A stretch of DNA of 59,568 bases, filler included. It is 7 parts of 7 records of this genome, joined end to end, with 100 filler letters (N's around TTAATTAATTAA, not from the genome) between each part and the next. Parts side by side here need not be neighbours in the genome. Positions count along the whole stretch, not along the records: positions 14,628 to 21,887 come from SRR31147125_3832; positions 21,988 to 37,938 come from SRR31147125_3846; 5 more parts are not named here. One strand, 5' to 3'. Made by a program: the position numbers and the translations under genes. Positions 20,624 through 33,045 of the stretch are shown here, piece by piece (within the stretch, counting starts at the first letter, position 1; every line of letters starts with the position of its first letter). The notes under the pieces are model-generated. The model was not told the origin of the DNA. It worked only from the letters and a program-made list of their open reading frames with translations, and did not search any database.

Positions 20624-20778
20624 TTTTAGTTCCTCCATTCGGTTATTATGTTGGCAATTGCCTTTATTAGTTAAGATATTCCTAATTTTTTTACATGTTT
20701 TACCGATAAAACCTGGGTGAATCAGAATTATTTATTCAAACAAAAGTAAGCGTTATTGATTATGTCTTTATTAAATAG

Positions 20779-21327
20779 TTATTTTATCGCATTTATTTTT
20801 TTCAGGCCCTTATTTATATATTCTTTAGCTGGGTTGATTAACTCATACAGAGAACAATCCTTTTCAGCCATTCTTGCCAGCATCCAATAAGAATCAAAAC
20901 AAAATCTACCAGTATCTGTTTTATGGTAAAGGGCAACATGAACATCAATTGTTCCGATTATGAGGTTTATAATCGTGTCAGCCAGATCGCCCAGAGGAGC
21001 ACGATTAATATGCCCCAATTGAAGCTCAATGTTCACTTGTGTTCCTTTTCCTGGTATGGAAGTGATGGTCAGATCACCACCACTGTCCTTTGCTGATTGC
21101 TTCATTAATGACAAGCCCATACCAACAGATCTTGTCGTGCGTGTTGTCATAAACGGATCCAACACGTTTTCAACCATCTCTTTTGACATGCCCTTACCAT
21201 TATCTCTTATAGTTATTTTCAACAAATTCGATTTCACGCTTTCCTGTATCGCAATGATAACCCGAGTAGAGTCCGCCTCAATCGAATTTGTCACCAGATC
21301 TAATATATGTAATGATAATTCTCTCAA
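20779..21327 (-). CDS. stand-alone HATPase_c (kinase-like ATP-binding) protein of hydrogenase clusters
   Basis: MRELSLHILDLVTNSIEA, DNGKGM, DPFMTTRTTRSVGMGLSL, HINRAPLGD. Confidence 0.88.
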   Translation of the reverse strand: MRELSLHILDLVTNSIEADSTRVIIAIQESVKSNLLKITIRDNGKGMSKEMVENVLDPFMTTRTTRSVGMGLSLMKQSAKDSGGDLTITSIPGKGTQVNIELQLGHINRAPLGDLADTIINLIIGTIDVHVALYHKTDTGRFCFDSYWMLARMAEKDCSLYELINPAKEYINKGLKKINAIK

Positions 21328-21887
21328 TTATTTCTCAGAATTTAAGGTTATATTTTCTTTTTTTATAGCGACACCAATGTTCATATCCATCGGATTTTTG
21401 ACGGATAAATATCTGCCTTCCTGTTTTTTTAAAGCTTTATCAAGCTCATCAAAGGTCGGTTCTTGTAATTTACACCAGGTATAATTTTGTCCAAGTCTTT
21501 TCAGATCATGGGCATCTGAGGAATTGATTATGGAATAATGTGATTTTTCTAAAAATTTAATATTGGGTTCGTCATAATTTTTAATGTCAGCTATTTCAGC
21601 TGCATAAATTGGCAAATCAGTGGGGATAAAGCCTAAAATTCTCAAAAGACTATTGGATTTTCGATCTACATGTGCTGGATAAATAATTCCATCTCTTTTT
21701 ACAACCTGTTCAACTATGTCCTTTAGACTCGCATTCGTTGAAAATGATAACAATTTTTCATTTTTCGCTAAAATGTTCTCATCCTTGTCACAAACGATTT
21801 GAGGTCCAAAAAACGACTCATCATTTTTGCCTTCAGGCAATTGTGAATAAATAAAATCCTGAAATGAATTTACATTTTCCAGATTTT
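21328..21887 (-). CDS. PHP-domain phosphoesterase, 5' truncated
   Basis: FFGPQ, YPAHVDR, LGFIP, SSDAH motifs. Confidence 0.85.
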
Positions 21888-21987
21888 NNNNNNNNNNNNN
21901 NNNNNNNNNNNNNNNNNNNNNNNNNNNNNNNTTAATTAATTAANNNNNNNNNNNNNNNNNNNNNNNNNNNNNNNNNNNNNNNNNNNN
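21888..21987. other. artificial contig spacer
   Basis: Same 100-nt linker. Confidence 0.98.
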
Positions 21988-24900
21988 TTTCAACTTTTAT
22001 GAGTACACAAGTATTATTTGCAATTCCAACTGTGTTAGATATTTTTTCATTACTTAATATGTCAAGAGTACTTTGCTGTGCATTAAACACTTCATACTTT
22101 TCGCATGTATATTCAATATTTTCATTCAAACATGTAACATACGCTTTCCCTTTATACTCTTCATTTTCAATTGGATTTTCAACTGTAATAATATTGTTAT
22201 TTAAAACATCAGTATAGTACATCTTCTTCCAAAAATTACTTTCACCAAGGCATGGCTCAAGCATATAGAAAAGTGATATTTTACGAGAATAGTCTTTATC
22301 ATTGTTTAAAGTTACTTTTGTTATCTTAGCACTGATACCACTTGGAACAAAAATCTCGCAGCGTGTTTCAATAATGCTTTTATTAATAAACTCACTATAT
22401 CCTTTTGCATGTTTAATGATATAATTCAAGCTAGAATCATAGCTTGGCTGTACACTCTTTGAAAAGCCATATCGATCGTCTCTTAGTATTACGCTTTCAA
22501 CAGGCGAATCTAAAAAACCATTATTTTTAAACGGAGTCACTCTAAATAATCTGCTATTATTCGCCCAAGTATATCCTCCTCCTTCAGAAGATATAACACT
22601 TCCAAACTTTTCATTAGTAATAACATTAACCCATGGTGCTGGAAGCTTCTTATCAGGAGAATAGTTTAAAACATATTCTCTGCCATTTTTACTAAATCCA
22701 CCAAAGCTATTATAGTAATCTAAGTTCAACTTGGTTTTTCTATTATCCAAGTCTTTTTGGTTGTATTTTTCAAATTTTAGTTTTGAATGCTTTTTGTTTT
22801 TGTATTCTATCTGTTTTAATATCGATCTAGACGCATCTAAAATTAGATTTGAGCACGTAAATATGCATTGAATATCATGATCATCAACGTTTGAATTATT
22901 TATATATGTTATTTTTGAATTAGTATAATAATTCCCATCCTTTGCATATTTATTGATAAGTTCGTGTATCTTTGTTTTAAACGAATTAATATAAATCTGC
23001 TCATTGCAATCTAAAATAACAAGGCTAATCGGTAAACCTTCTCTTCTAAAACAATCAAATGCACAGATTATCAGTTTAACTCTTTTAAGGTCAGCTGCTT
23101 TTTTTACTACAACAGTAAAATACGGATCTTTTTCATTTAAACCATATCTAAAAAGAATATCTTTACTAACAATTATTTTGTTCTTAACCAAATTGTTTTG
23201 ACCTATGCTATATAAAATATTGCTTAATATTTTATAAAAATGTTCTTTTTCTTGATAAGTAATTCCTGTGTATTCTTTTTTAATCAAGCTTGCTGTTTTT
23301 GTTAGTTCTAATGCAGATTTTACTTGAATAGTATCAGTAACTGAATCTAAATTATCTAAGAGTGTATTTAAGCTTTCACTTGCAGAAATAACATAGCATA
23401 CTTCAGTATAGTTATTTGCAGGTACACTTAATTCACACTTTATTGCAAGTAAGGAATTAGCACCATAATCTAGGCTATCTTCAAATTCGAAGTTTACTTT
23501 TTTATAATTAGAAAGCCTTTCAAAAATATTATCCTGCTTAACTTGTCTAGAAAAATCCTTGGCAGTTTGGCAAACACATTTCATTCCAAGATATATATCT
23601 TTTCCTGCTTCATCTCTGCTTCTCTTTTTAAATAGAATTATATTTTTTGTATGAGTTTTAATATTTTCTAAAAACAACGATGAAAATGCCGGATGCGAAA
23701 CATAATCATTTACCCCACAGAGCATAGGTAAAACAGCATGTAAAACATCTATATTTCTTTCTTCATTCGAATTGTTTTCTATCCTAACTGCTTTATACAC
23801 AATATCTCTTTCTGATGAAACAAATACATTCATTGAAGAAACCATATCATTATCTTGTCTTTTAAATAATATATTATAATCCGAGTAAATAGCTGTATAG
23901 TTATTTGTCTCCGTCAATGTAGGTTCAAACCCTACAGACCATTGTTTTGCGTTTGCTTTATCATTTATATAAATAAAATCACCGCATCGTTCTTTTAAAT
24001 AATCATTCGACCAAGTATTTATATATACATTTTTATATCTTAAATATTGAATACCGTATTGCGATGCCATACAAGAAATTTTACCGTTAGAAATAATATT
24101 TATTGCTGGAGTTTTTTGATCCAAGAAGTGATGCGAATATGTATGATTATTGCTTGGCTTTATCATAATATTTTTCCTGGTATTATAATCATCAATCAGT
24201 ATGTTTCTAGGTACAATTTTTTCCTTTAATAAGTATTCACAAGACATAATCATTTTTGAAGAATGAAAAATACTTTGTAAAACATCATCATGTAAAAAGT
24301 TAGTCAAAGAGGCTAAAATCATTCCTTGGTGATGTGACATGTAGCTTTTTACAATACCATATCTACGTTTACCTTTTTTATCTTTTTCAGTAAAATCCAC
24401 CGCCTCATAAAGACCATATCTTGATATTACGTTTAGTTTTTCAAAATTTTTTAAGTTTTTTATTACTTCTGCTTTATTTAGTCCAATACATAGAATACTA
24501 GAATAAGGTGAAACAACAACATTATCGTCGTTTGTATACCTAAGACCAAGTTTTGGTATTCCAAAAGCTTTATACTGATAATACATATCAAAATCAAAAT
24601 TATAATATCCAGATTCAGATATACCCCATGGAGTTGCTTTTTTTCTTCCATACACAATTTGAGTATCGCAAACGCCCTGGTTGGTTTCATTAATCATTGT
24701 TTTTTTATAACTTTTCATCAGTAAAAGTGGCATTAAGTATTCAAACATTGTTCCGCTCCACGAAAGGAGCATTCTTCTATCATGACTAATGCAGACTGGT
24801 CTTGCAAGATTAAACCAATGCTTGTGGTTAATATCACCTTTAGCTACCGCAATCAAAGAGGTATGGCGAGATTCTGATGCAAATAGATCGTAGTAGGACT

Positions 24901-27900
24901 CACTATATTTTTTGTTGCTGTAATCGTAGCCAATATAAAATAAATCTCTATCAAAATCATAAAGCTTAGAAAAGTCCATATTATATAGCATTTTTGCTAT
25001 TTTGTTACGCAAAGATATGATCTCTGATCTTTTTCGTATAAGTTTGTTCTTAGATTCAAGCAAAAAGTTTCTTACCTTTTCGACATCATAACGAACGTTA
25101 ATCATGCTTTCTAGTTTAGATAACCCTTCTAACCTCGCTTGTTGCTTTATAATGATCTCATCAATTGTGTTGTTATCAATATCATCAAATAAACTTTTAA
25201 GCCCTTTATAAACAGATTTGTCATCAATTTCAAAGCCTTTTAGCATTTCAACATAAGGAAAATATTCTTCAATCTCGTCTCTATATGATTTAATAACATC
25301 ATATACATCACTCTTTTCATAAAACTTAATATATTTAGAAACGATATTGTCAAGCATTGTTATCTCGAAAATAATATTGCTTTTTTTGCCGTTTTATCAG
25401 TCTTTTGTTTTAATAGCTTTGATATACTATTGTCTATATCATCGCTCATATTCAAAATAGAAATACAAATACCTTTAATACAGTTATTATATAATGGCTC
25501 ATTCAACGCTTTATCGAGTGCTTTAATAATAAGTACAAAGTAACAAGCCAAATTACCGCTGTCCACTGATGATACATATTTTGGATTTAGCGGTTTTTTA
25601 TTTTCTATATCGTACCAATTAAACATATGTCCATAGTATTTATCCGCTTTTTCTATGCCTTCTACAATTCTTCCAACTACATCACACATTTTAAAGAGAG
25701 GCATAAATCCGAATAAATATCCTGAATAAAATGAACTCAAGGCGTAAGCAATATTTGTTGGAGATGTCCTCATAACTGGTTTTTTTTCGGGTATTCCTGA
25801 TAGTTATCTGGCGGGAAATAGTAGTTTTCATATTTACAAAACTTATTAAAAAACAAAAATGTTTTGTATGCTAAAATATTAAGCTGCTTAAACTCACTAT
25901 CACTTATTTTATTCTTTCTATTTTTAATCGGTATACTCAAGTAATTAGCTATTATAGGGGAAACACCCCAAATACAAAGAACATAAAACGAAAATAAACT
26001 TAAATGCCTTACGGTGAAAATATTTATGCATAATATTGTTATTGCCAAAAAAGGAGCAAACCACATTTTTTTGAATAATATCTTTTGCCTCGCTTAACTT
26101 TTGCATTAGCAGCTTTTGATGTCTTCCATTCTAAGAGATTTTTATTTGAAATACTCAGTCTATAAATAGTCCTAACGATTGCATCTGCCATTAAAAAAGC
26201 CTCGTATGGTAAAAAAGCAAACCTATAAAAGGATTTTAAAAAAATATCCTTTGTTTGCATAACTGCATCTTTAAAAGTGGCACCTTTATTGCTGTTTTTT
26301 ATTAAGTAAACTATGTTTATAAAAAAGAAAGAATAGAATCAAAAAAGAACGGGATTATTGCGCAAAGCAACAATATCGTAGGCGATTTTGCAAAAAACGT
26401 AGTGCTTAAAAGCAGTATTGCAATAGTAGCTACTGGCAACAAGCTTCTTAAAAAGTTATCAATTATTTGAAACTTACAAAGTGCACCCATCGGGTTTTCA
26501 TATGGCTTGTCATTTTTATTTTTAACTTCAGAAAACAACCAAGGAAAATGCTGCCAGTCTCCTCTAACCCATCTATGCTGACGTTCGCACCAAGAAATAT
26601 AACTATCAGGGAAACCATCAAACAAAGTTACGTCACTCATAAATCCTGTCTTTACATATTGACCTTCTATAAAATCATGGCTCAGAACTCTCTCATCCTT
26701 AAAAGCATCTTTTAAAATGCTGTAAAATACTTTAATATCAAAAATTCCTTTTCCACTAAAAATAGCACTGTTAAATACATCTTGATATATATTAGATTTA
26801 CATGAAGCATAAGAATCTGCTCCTACATTTTCTGCAAATAAATATGAAAAATTCGACTTAGCCGCATCTTCAATATCAACATTGATATTTGGAGTAATCA
26901 TCCCGTAGCCGCTTTCAATATAAAGCCTATTTTTGAAACAACAGGCTTATTTAGAGGATGAATCATTGCACCAATCATTTTCAGAGCACAGTCATGCGGC
27001 ATAACTGTATCGGAATCCAACGTAATTACATAATCGATATCACGTATAATTCCTTCTTTAGACGTGTAAAACTTTGAAGCATTCATATTTAAAAACATAT
27101 CGCATGTTTCAAGCACAGCACCTCTTTTTCGCTCGTATGCAATATATTTGCCTTTATATAAAATCCTCTTCCTAAAATAAAACCTAAAGCAGTCAACACC
27201 ATACGAAATATTTAATTTATCCGCTTGCTTTTTTGCATAATCAATTATATCCTTTTCTTTATGATCTAAAATTACATCACTGCTAACAAAATCTACTATA
27301 ACAGAAAAAAATATGTTTTTAATCTTGTTGGAAATAAAGTTAACTTCCATATTGCAAATCAACTCATCGATATCCTTTTTTGACGTTACCAAACAAGGTG
27401 TAATTACCATAGTTTTTTTATTGCTATTAATCACTTGTTTAAAGTTCATTCTAGGAATAAATCCAACATCATTTTTGCTTTCGAAAATTCTATTGACAAT
27501 AGAGTTTGAAACACTATAAAAAGTTGTTGCAATAACTAAAAAAGTAAATACGCTAAGTAAAAAATTAAAACCTATGTTATAGGCAAACATAGAAACTAAA
27601 TATGCAGATATAAAAGTAGGTATGTATACACTAAATATATATTGATTCAGTTTTCTACTTTCATTTTGTTCAATAAAATTATCATTAATTTCTTTATATA
27701 AAATATTCTTTTGTTTTGAAAACAAAAAGAATCCAACATGTTTTTTATCAAACCTGCTCAATTCAATAGCCTTTTTAGCTATCGAAATTTCGTGCACACA
27801 AAACTTTTCAGATATTCTCTCTATCTCTGATTTATATTTATTCTTTGAAGCTAAATCCATGTTTAAATAAACTTTATCTTGTCTAAGTATTATATCCACC

Positions 27901-28799
27901 TTACAGGTTTTTTCAAAAAATGTATTCCAATTATAAGCAGAAGTTTTTCTAAGGGTGTTTATAGCATTAAGGATCAACAGTTGGTTTTTTGCTTGATTGC
28001 TTTGATAAATTTCTATTTGCTTTTTCAAGTCAATATTTTTACGTTTTAAGCACTTTAAAAAAAGCCTATACCCAAGTTTGTTTTTTTGTTTTTCGTTCAT
28101 AAGTTTTAAAAACTCATGTAAAAAGACTTCGTTATTAATTGTATTATCAAACGCTTTATCATAAATATGTTTAGTAAAACTCTGAAAATTATCATTATTA
28201 TTATAAGCTTCAAATATCTTTTTTGCAGATTCCTTATACTCAAAGGTTTCAAGACAACTGCCCACCACAGACGAAATATATCCAAGTGAAGCAATCTTCA
28301 TTACTATTGGCAATGAATAAAGTTCTTTTAACTGAAGAGTAGTAGTCTTTTGAAATTCATTTATAAAATCTAAAAAATTATCCTTATCAAACACACCATT
28401 TCTATGCCTTAAATAGTCATTGCAAACCGCAAGGATTCTTGCAACTTTAAAATTTGATTTTGTATTTAAAATTGGAAATTTATATTTATCCAATTGTTCC
28501 AAATCTAATTTAGTTGATTGCGCTTGCTTTTCAATCAAATGATAGTTATCTATTATATACTCTGCCATGGTATTAGAATCATACTCATAAGCTTTGTTTA
28601 TATTAAAAAACTCTCTAATAGTAGACATAAGAACTTTAATTTCTGGCAATGATTTTGATACTCTTTTTTCTAAACTATACTCTCTATACTCGTAAGAAAG
28701 CTGATTCGCGTAAGTTAATATTGTTTTATTATCATAATAAATCTTGCTAATAAACAGATTAGAATTGTTATAACCTCTAGTTGGTTTGTTAAAAATCAA
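21988..28799 (-). CDS. cyclic beta-1,2-glucan synthase-like multidomain protein (Cgs/NdvB: GT84, cyclization domain, GH94); split by five homopolymer frameshifts, 3' truncated
   Basis: Six consecutive ORFs carry ordered Cgs motifs: YERKRG, ITLDSDT, SHDFIEG, RQHRWVRGDWQ, LLEW, PPDNYQE, RTSPTNI, GHMFNWY, VSSVDSGNL, YDLFASESR, SWSGTMFEYLMP, PWGISES, PAPWVNVITN. Frames rejoin with 1-nt changes at runs near 26932, 26323, 26069, 25783 and 25384. Confidence 0.9.
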
Positions 28800-28910
28800 A
28801 TTTCTTCTCCTGTTTTTTTATTCATGCTTATATCATTATTTGTATTTCTTTTTAAAGTAATTCAAAAAAGAGTTATTTGTTTAAAAGAGCATAAACTTTT
28901 TTAGTTGGTA

Positions 28911-28919
28911 TGTTATAAT
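28911..28919 (+). promoter_or_regulatory. extended -10 element for the AKR gene
   Basis: TGtTATAAT about 28 nt before the ATG. Confidence 0.45.
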
Positions 28920-28946
28920 ACAAAAAAATGATAGAGGCAGGATTTT

Positions 28947-30116
28947 ATGAAATATATTGAATTTGGCAAAAATAAAGAAAGAATATCAGCTCTTGGGTTT
29001 GGTTGTATGAGACTTCCAGTAATTGATGGAAATAATCAAAATATTGACAAGGTAAAGGCATTTGAGATGTTGGATTTTGCCTTTTCTAACGGTGTAAATT
29101 ATTTTGATACAGCATACCCTTATCATGCAAAAAACTTTTATTCAAAAGGTAATAGTGAAATTGTTTTAGGCGAATTTATTGCTGATAAACGCGACAAATT
29201 AAACGTAGCTACAAAAATGCCATTATGGCTTTTAAAAACCAAAGAAGATTTAGAAGAAATATTTGAAGGGCAACTTAAGTCCTTGAATACCGAATATATA
29301 GATTATTATTTAATGCATAGCGTAAGCACAAATACTTTTAAAATAATGCAAGAGCTAAACATTACCGAGTTTTTGGATAAAAAAATTAAACAAGGGAAAA
29401 TAAGAAATATTGGTTTTTCCTTTCATGACACTTTTGATGTTTTTAAAGAGGTTATAGATTATTATGATTGGGATATGTGTCAAATTCAATACAATTTTAA
29501 AGACATTAACTATCAGGCTGGGAAAGCAGGCTTAGAGCTTGCTAAATCAAAAGGAATAGATGTTGCGATAATGGAACCTTTAAAAGGCGGACAGATATTA
29601 AAGATAAATGATAAAGCAATAGATACATTATCCTCATGTAACGCAAATAGAAGCATTGCTGATTGGTGCTTTTCTTGGTTAGAAGATAACGCAAAAGATT
29701 GTTTAATACTTAGCGGTATGAGTCATATAGACCACGTTAAAGAAAACATTGAAATCTTTTCGCGAGAAAAAGACCAATATTTATCTAGCAAAGAAAACAA
29801 CGCTTTATATGAAGTGAAAAAAATTATGGAAGGCGCTACAAAAATAGATTGTACTAGCTGTAGCTACTGTCTTCCATGTCCATCAGGTGTTAAAATACCT
29901 ATGTGCTTTTTATGCTACAATGACTATTATCTTTTCGACAACGATGCAGCTAGAGCTTCAGCGAAAACAAGATATGATCTTAGGGTTGGCAAGGATGAGA
30001 TAGCTTCTAATTGTATAGAATGCGGATTATGTGAGCAAAGATGTCCTCAAAAATTAAACATCAGCGAAGAGCTAAAAAAGTTGCAATACTTTTTGATTAA
30101 AAATAGGCAGATATGA
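28947..30116 (+). CDS. aldo/keto reductase with C-terminal 2[4Fe-4S] domain
   Basis: SALGFGCMRLP, NYFDTAYPYH, IGFSFH, MEPLKGG, CTSCSYCLPCP, CIECGLCEQRCPQ. Confidence 0.93.
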   Translation: MKYIEFGKNKERISALGFGCMRLPVIDGNNQNIDKVKAFEMLDFAFSNGVNYFDTAYPYHAKNFYSKGNSEIVLGEFIADKRDKLNVATKMPLWLLKTKEDLEEIFEGQLKSLNTEYIDYYLMHSVSTNTFKIMQELNITEFLDKKIKQGKIRNIGFSFHDTFDVFKEVIDYYDWDMCQIQYNFKDINYQAGKAGLELAKSKGIDVAIMEPLKGGQILKINDKAIDTLSSCNANRSIADWCFSWLEDNAKDCLILSGMSHIDHVKENIEIFSREKDQYLSSKENNALYEVKKIMEGATKIDCTSCSYCLPCPSGVKIPMCFLCYNDYYLFDNDAARASAKTRYDLRVGKDEIASNCIECGLCEQRCPQKLNISEELKKLQYFLIKNRQI

Positions 30117-30117
30117 A

Positions 30118-30151
30118 AATAGCGACTAAAAATCATTTAAGTCGCTATTAT
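30118..30151. terminator. bidirectional terminator
   Basis: AATAGCGACT...AGTCGCTATT inverted repeat between convergent genes. Confidence 0.65.
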
Positions 30152-30165
30152 TAATTTAGTATAAA

Positions 30166-31281
30166 TTACTTAAGGTTTTCAGGATTTAAACCTTTTAAGC
30201 TATCAATAACAAACAATCCATCTTTTCTTATTAAAACATCATCTAAATATATCTCTCCTCCACCATACTTTGGTGTTTGAATTAATACAAGATCCCAGTG
30301 AACTGCTGATTTGTTTCCATTATCAGCTTCTGTGTAAGCTGCTCCTGGTGTAAAGTGGATTGAGCCAGAAATCTTCTCGTCAAAAAGAGTATCTCCCATA
30401 GGTTTAGTTATATATGGGTTAACACCAAATGCAAATTCACCAACGTACCTTGCTCCTTCATCAGTATCTAAGATTTTGTTTAGAAGCTCCGTGTTATTTG
30501 AAGTTGCATTTATTATCTTGCCGTTTTCAAATTCGAATCTAACGTTTTCAAATTTAAAACCTCTATTATTTGAATGCGCATTATAAGTTATATATCCATT
30601 CACACTATCTTTAACAGGAGCCGTATAAATTTCTCCATCAGGAATATTTCTTTCTCCAGAACATTTTTCACAAGGAATATCTTTTATAGAAAAAGAAATA
30701 TCGGTATCTTTAGCTACTATTCTAACTTTATCCGTTTTATCAAGCAAATCAGCTAAAGGATCCATAGCCTTGTCCATCTTCGAATAATCAAGGTTACAAA
30801 CATCAAAATAAAAATCTTCAAAGCTTTCAGTACTCATTTCTGCCATCTGCGCCATATTTGGCGTTGGGTATCTTAGTACCACCCACTTTGTTTTTCCAAC
30901 GCGAATATCAAAGTGTACTTCTTGATAATACTTTGCCATATAATATTCCATAATATCATCAGGAATATCATTGTTTTCACTTGTATTATTACTCCCACGC
31001 AACCCAATAAATGCATCCATTTTTTCCATCTTAGGAACATCAAATTCAGTCATCAAATCTATCTGCTCTTTTGTTGCGTTTTTTAAAACTTGTCTAATTA
31101 TTCTTGATCTTGCTTGATTCACAAAAGGTCTACCCTTTGCTTTTACAACATCTTTAACAAGTTGTTCCACAACCTCATCATCACAATCAACTACGCTTAT
31201 TAAAACATTTTCTCCCTCTTTTACTTTACAGGAATAGTTTACAAGTGTATCTGAAAGTTTAACAATTCTACTATCTACCAT
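30166..31281 (-). CDS. M29 family aminopeptidase (AmpS/aminopeptidase II-like)
   Basis: NIPDGEIYTAP, GEFAFG, LFDEKI.GSIHFTPG, SAVHWDLV. Confidence 0.93.
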   Translation of the reverse strand: MVDSRIVKLSDTLVNYSCKVKEGENVLISVVDCDDEVVEQLVKDVVKAKGRPFVNQARSRIIRQVLKNATKEQIDLMTEFDVPKMEKMDAFIGLRGSNNTSENNDIPDDIMEYYMAKYYQEVHFDIRVGKTKWVVLRYPTPNMAQMAEMSTESFEDFYFDVCNLDYSKMDKAMDPLADLLDKTDKVRIVAKDTDISFSIKDIPCEKCSGERNIPDGEIYTAPVKDSVNGYITYNAHSNNRGFKFENVRFEFENGKIINATSNNTELLNKILDTDEGARYVGEFAFGVNPYITKPMGDTLFDEKISGSIHFTPGAAYTEADNGNKSAVHWDLVLIQTPKYGGGEIYLDDVLIRKDGLFVIDSLKGLNPENLK

Positions 31282-31547
31282 TAAAATTCCTCCAAATTAT
31301 TAAAACTATATTATCTTTACAGTTATATTTATTATCTCCATAAATTAATTATATATACTAAAATTACACTACACAATAAATTATTACACTATTTATGCAA
31401 AAAATAATAATTACAGGTTAAAGTATATCAATAGTTATTACTAAATTCAATATCGGATTTTTATAAAGGTGTTGTAATTTTTTTTATTTAGTTATAATAA
31501 TGATGTATAAGAAAAGTTTTTATATTATTATAAGGAGGGTATTTTAT

Positions 31548-32477
31548 ATGCCATTAGTTACAACAACAGAAATGTTTAAAAAAGCTTATTCAGGCGGTTA
31601 TGCTATTGGTGCCTTTAACGTAAATAACATGGAAATCGTTCAAGGTATTACAGAAGCTGCACAAGAATTAAAATCACCAGTAATACTACAAGTTTCTAAA
31701 GGTGCAAGAGCTTACGCAAATGCAACTTACCTAAGACATCTTGTAGATGCTGCAATCGAAGAAACAGGTTTAGACGTTGCTCTTCATCTTGACCATGGTG
31801 ACACATTTGAAACATGTAAATCATGTATCGATGGTGGTTTCACTTCTGTTATGATCGACGGTTCTCATCATTCATTTGAAGAAAACATCGCTCTTACAAA
31901 AAAAGTTGTTGACTACGCTCACGACAACGGTGTTGTAGTTGAAGCTGAACTTGGACAACTTGCTGGTATCGAAGATGACGTTGATGTTTCTGCTGAAGAT
32001 GCTTCATATACAAGACCAGAAGAAGTTGAAGAATTTGTTTCAAAAACTGGTGTTGATTCACTAGCTATTGCTATTGGAACAAGCCACGGTGCTTTTAAGT
32101 TTGCTGGCGAAGCTAAATTAAGATTTGATATCTTAGAAGAAATCACTAAAAAATTACCTGGTTTCCCTATCGTTTTGCACGGTGCTTCAAGTGTTATTCC
32201 AGAATATGTTGAAATGATCAACAAATATGGTGGAGATATGTCTGGTGCTAAAGGTGTTCCTGAAGAAATGCTAAGACAAGCTGCTACATCTGCTGTATGT
32301 AAAATCAACATCGATTCTGATATCCGTCTTGCTGTTACAGGAACAATAAGAAAATATTTTGCTGAAAACCCAGGTCACTTTGACCCAAGACAATACCTAA
32401 AACCAGCTAGAGCTGCTGTTAAGGGTATGGTTGCTCACAAAATTAAAAATGTTCTTGGTTCAGAGGGCAAAGCGTAA
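31548..32477 (+). CDS. fba: class II fructose-bisphosphate aldolase
   Basis: ALHLDHG, GFTSVMIDGS, IGTSHGAFK, VLHGASS; ATG 31548 follows AAGGAGG. Confidence 0.97.
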   Translation: MPLVTTTEMFKKAYSGGYAIGAFNVNNMEIVQGITEAAQELKSPVILQVSKGARAYANATYLRHLVDAAIEETGLDVALHLDHGDTFETCKSCIDGGFTSVMIDGSHHSFEENIALTKKVVDYAHDNGVVVEAELGQLAGIEDDVDVSAEDASYTRPEEVEEFVSKTGVDSLAIAIGTSHGAFKFAGEAKLRFDILEEITKKLPGFPIVLHGASSVIPEYVEMINKYGGDMSGAKGVPEEMLRQAATSAVCKINIDSDIRLAVTGTIRKYFAENPGHFDPRQYLKPARAAVKGMVAHKIKNVLGSEGKA

Positions 32478-32510
32478 AACTAGACTAAAAACTATATTTA
32501 TACCAAACAT

Positions 32511-32547
32511 AAAGCAGGATTGTATTTATACTTCATCCTGCTTTTTT
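32511..32547 (+). terminator. intrinsic terminator after fba
   Basis: AAAGCAGGAT...ATCCTGCTTTTTT. Confidence 0.8.
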
Positions 32548-32718
32548 GATTTTTCCTTAGTTAAATAATATAGATATTTTAGTATAATTTGCTTTAAATT
32601 AGAAACAATAATAACAAATGATTTATAAAGGTAAAAGTTTGAAAATAATATGAAACAAAAAGCATATATAAATCAGTATTACATCGAATTTTTTTGCTTT
32701 ATATATGAAGGGACCTGT

Positions 32719-32994
32719 ATGAAAAATAAACGTTTAACAATAGCTGAAGTAAAAGAAGCCTATCAAGAATGGCAAGCAGCAAAGAATTTTTTTGAAAATG
32801 TTAATGACCCAGAGCTGGTTGATGTCGCTATTTATGGTGCAGAAGCTGCGAGAAGAAGATATTTATATATGCTTAAATTGGTAAGAATATACGATGAAGA
32901 AGATAAAATTGATGATTTAAAAATGAGATTTTACGAAAAAGATTCCACTCCACTTCTTTCTAATTCCACTAATACAAACGCCAATAATATTTAA
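32719..32994 (+). CDS. YaaL/DUF2508 family protein
   Basis: EWQAAKNFFENVNDPELVDVAIY..EAARRRY.Y.L; immediately upstream of bofA. Confidence 0.85.
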   Translation: MKNKRLTIAEVKEAYQEWQAAKNFFENVNDPELVDVAIYGAEAARRRYLYMLKLVRIYDEEDKIDDLKMRFYEKDSTPLLSNSTNTNANNI

Positions 32995-33045
32995 CTTTTA
33001 ATCCTCATAATAATATATTAAATATATGTTTTTGAGGTGAACAGC

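Noticed and set aside
20669-20690. Rex operator upstream of the hydrogenase genes (TAGTTAAGATATTCCTAA)
   Set aside because: Four mismatches to TTGTTAA-N4-TTAACAA in AT-rich DNA is too weak to call.
25357-26935. Phase variation or programmed frameshifting in the glucan synthase gene
   Set aside because: Five independent slips would be needed, and the same indel type hits housekeeping genes on other contigs.
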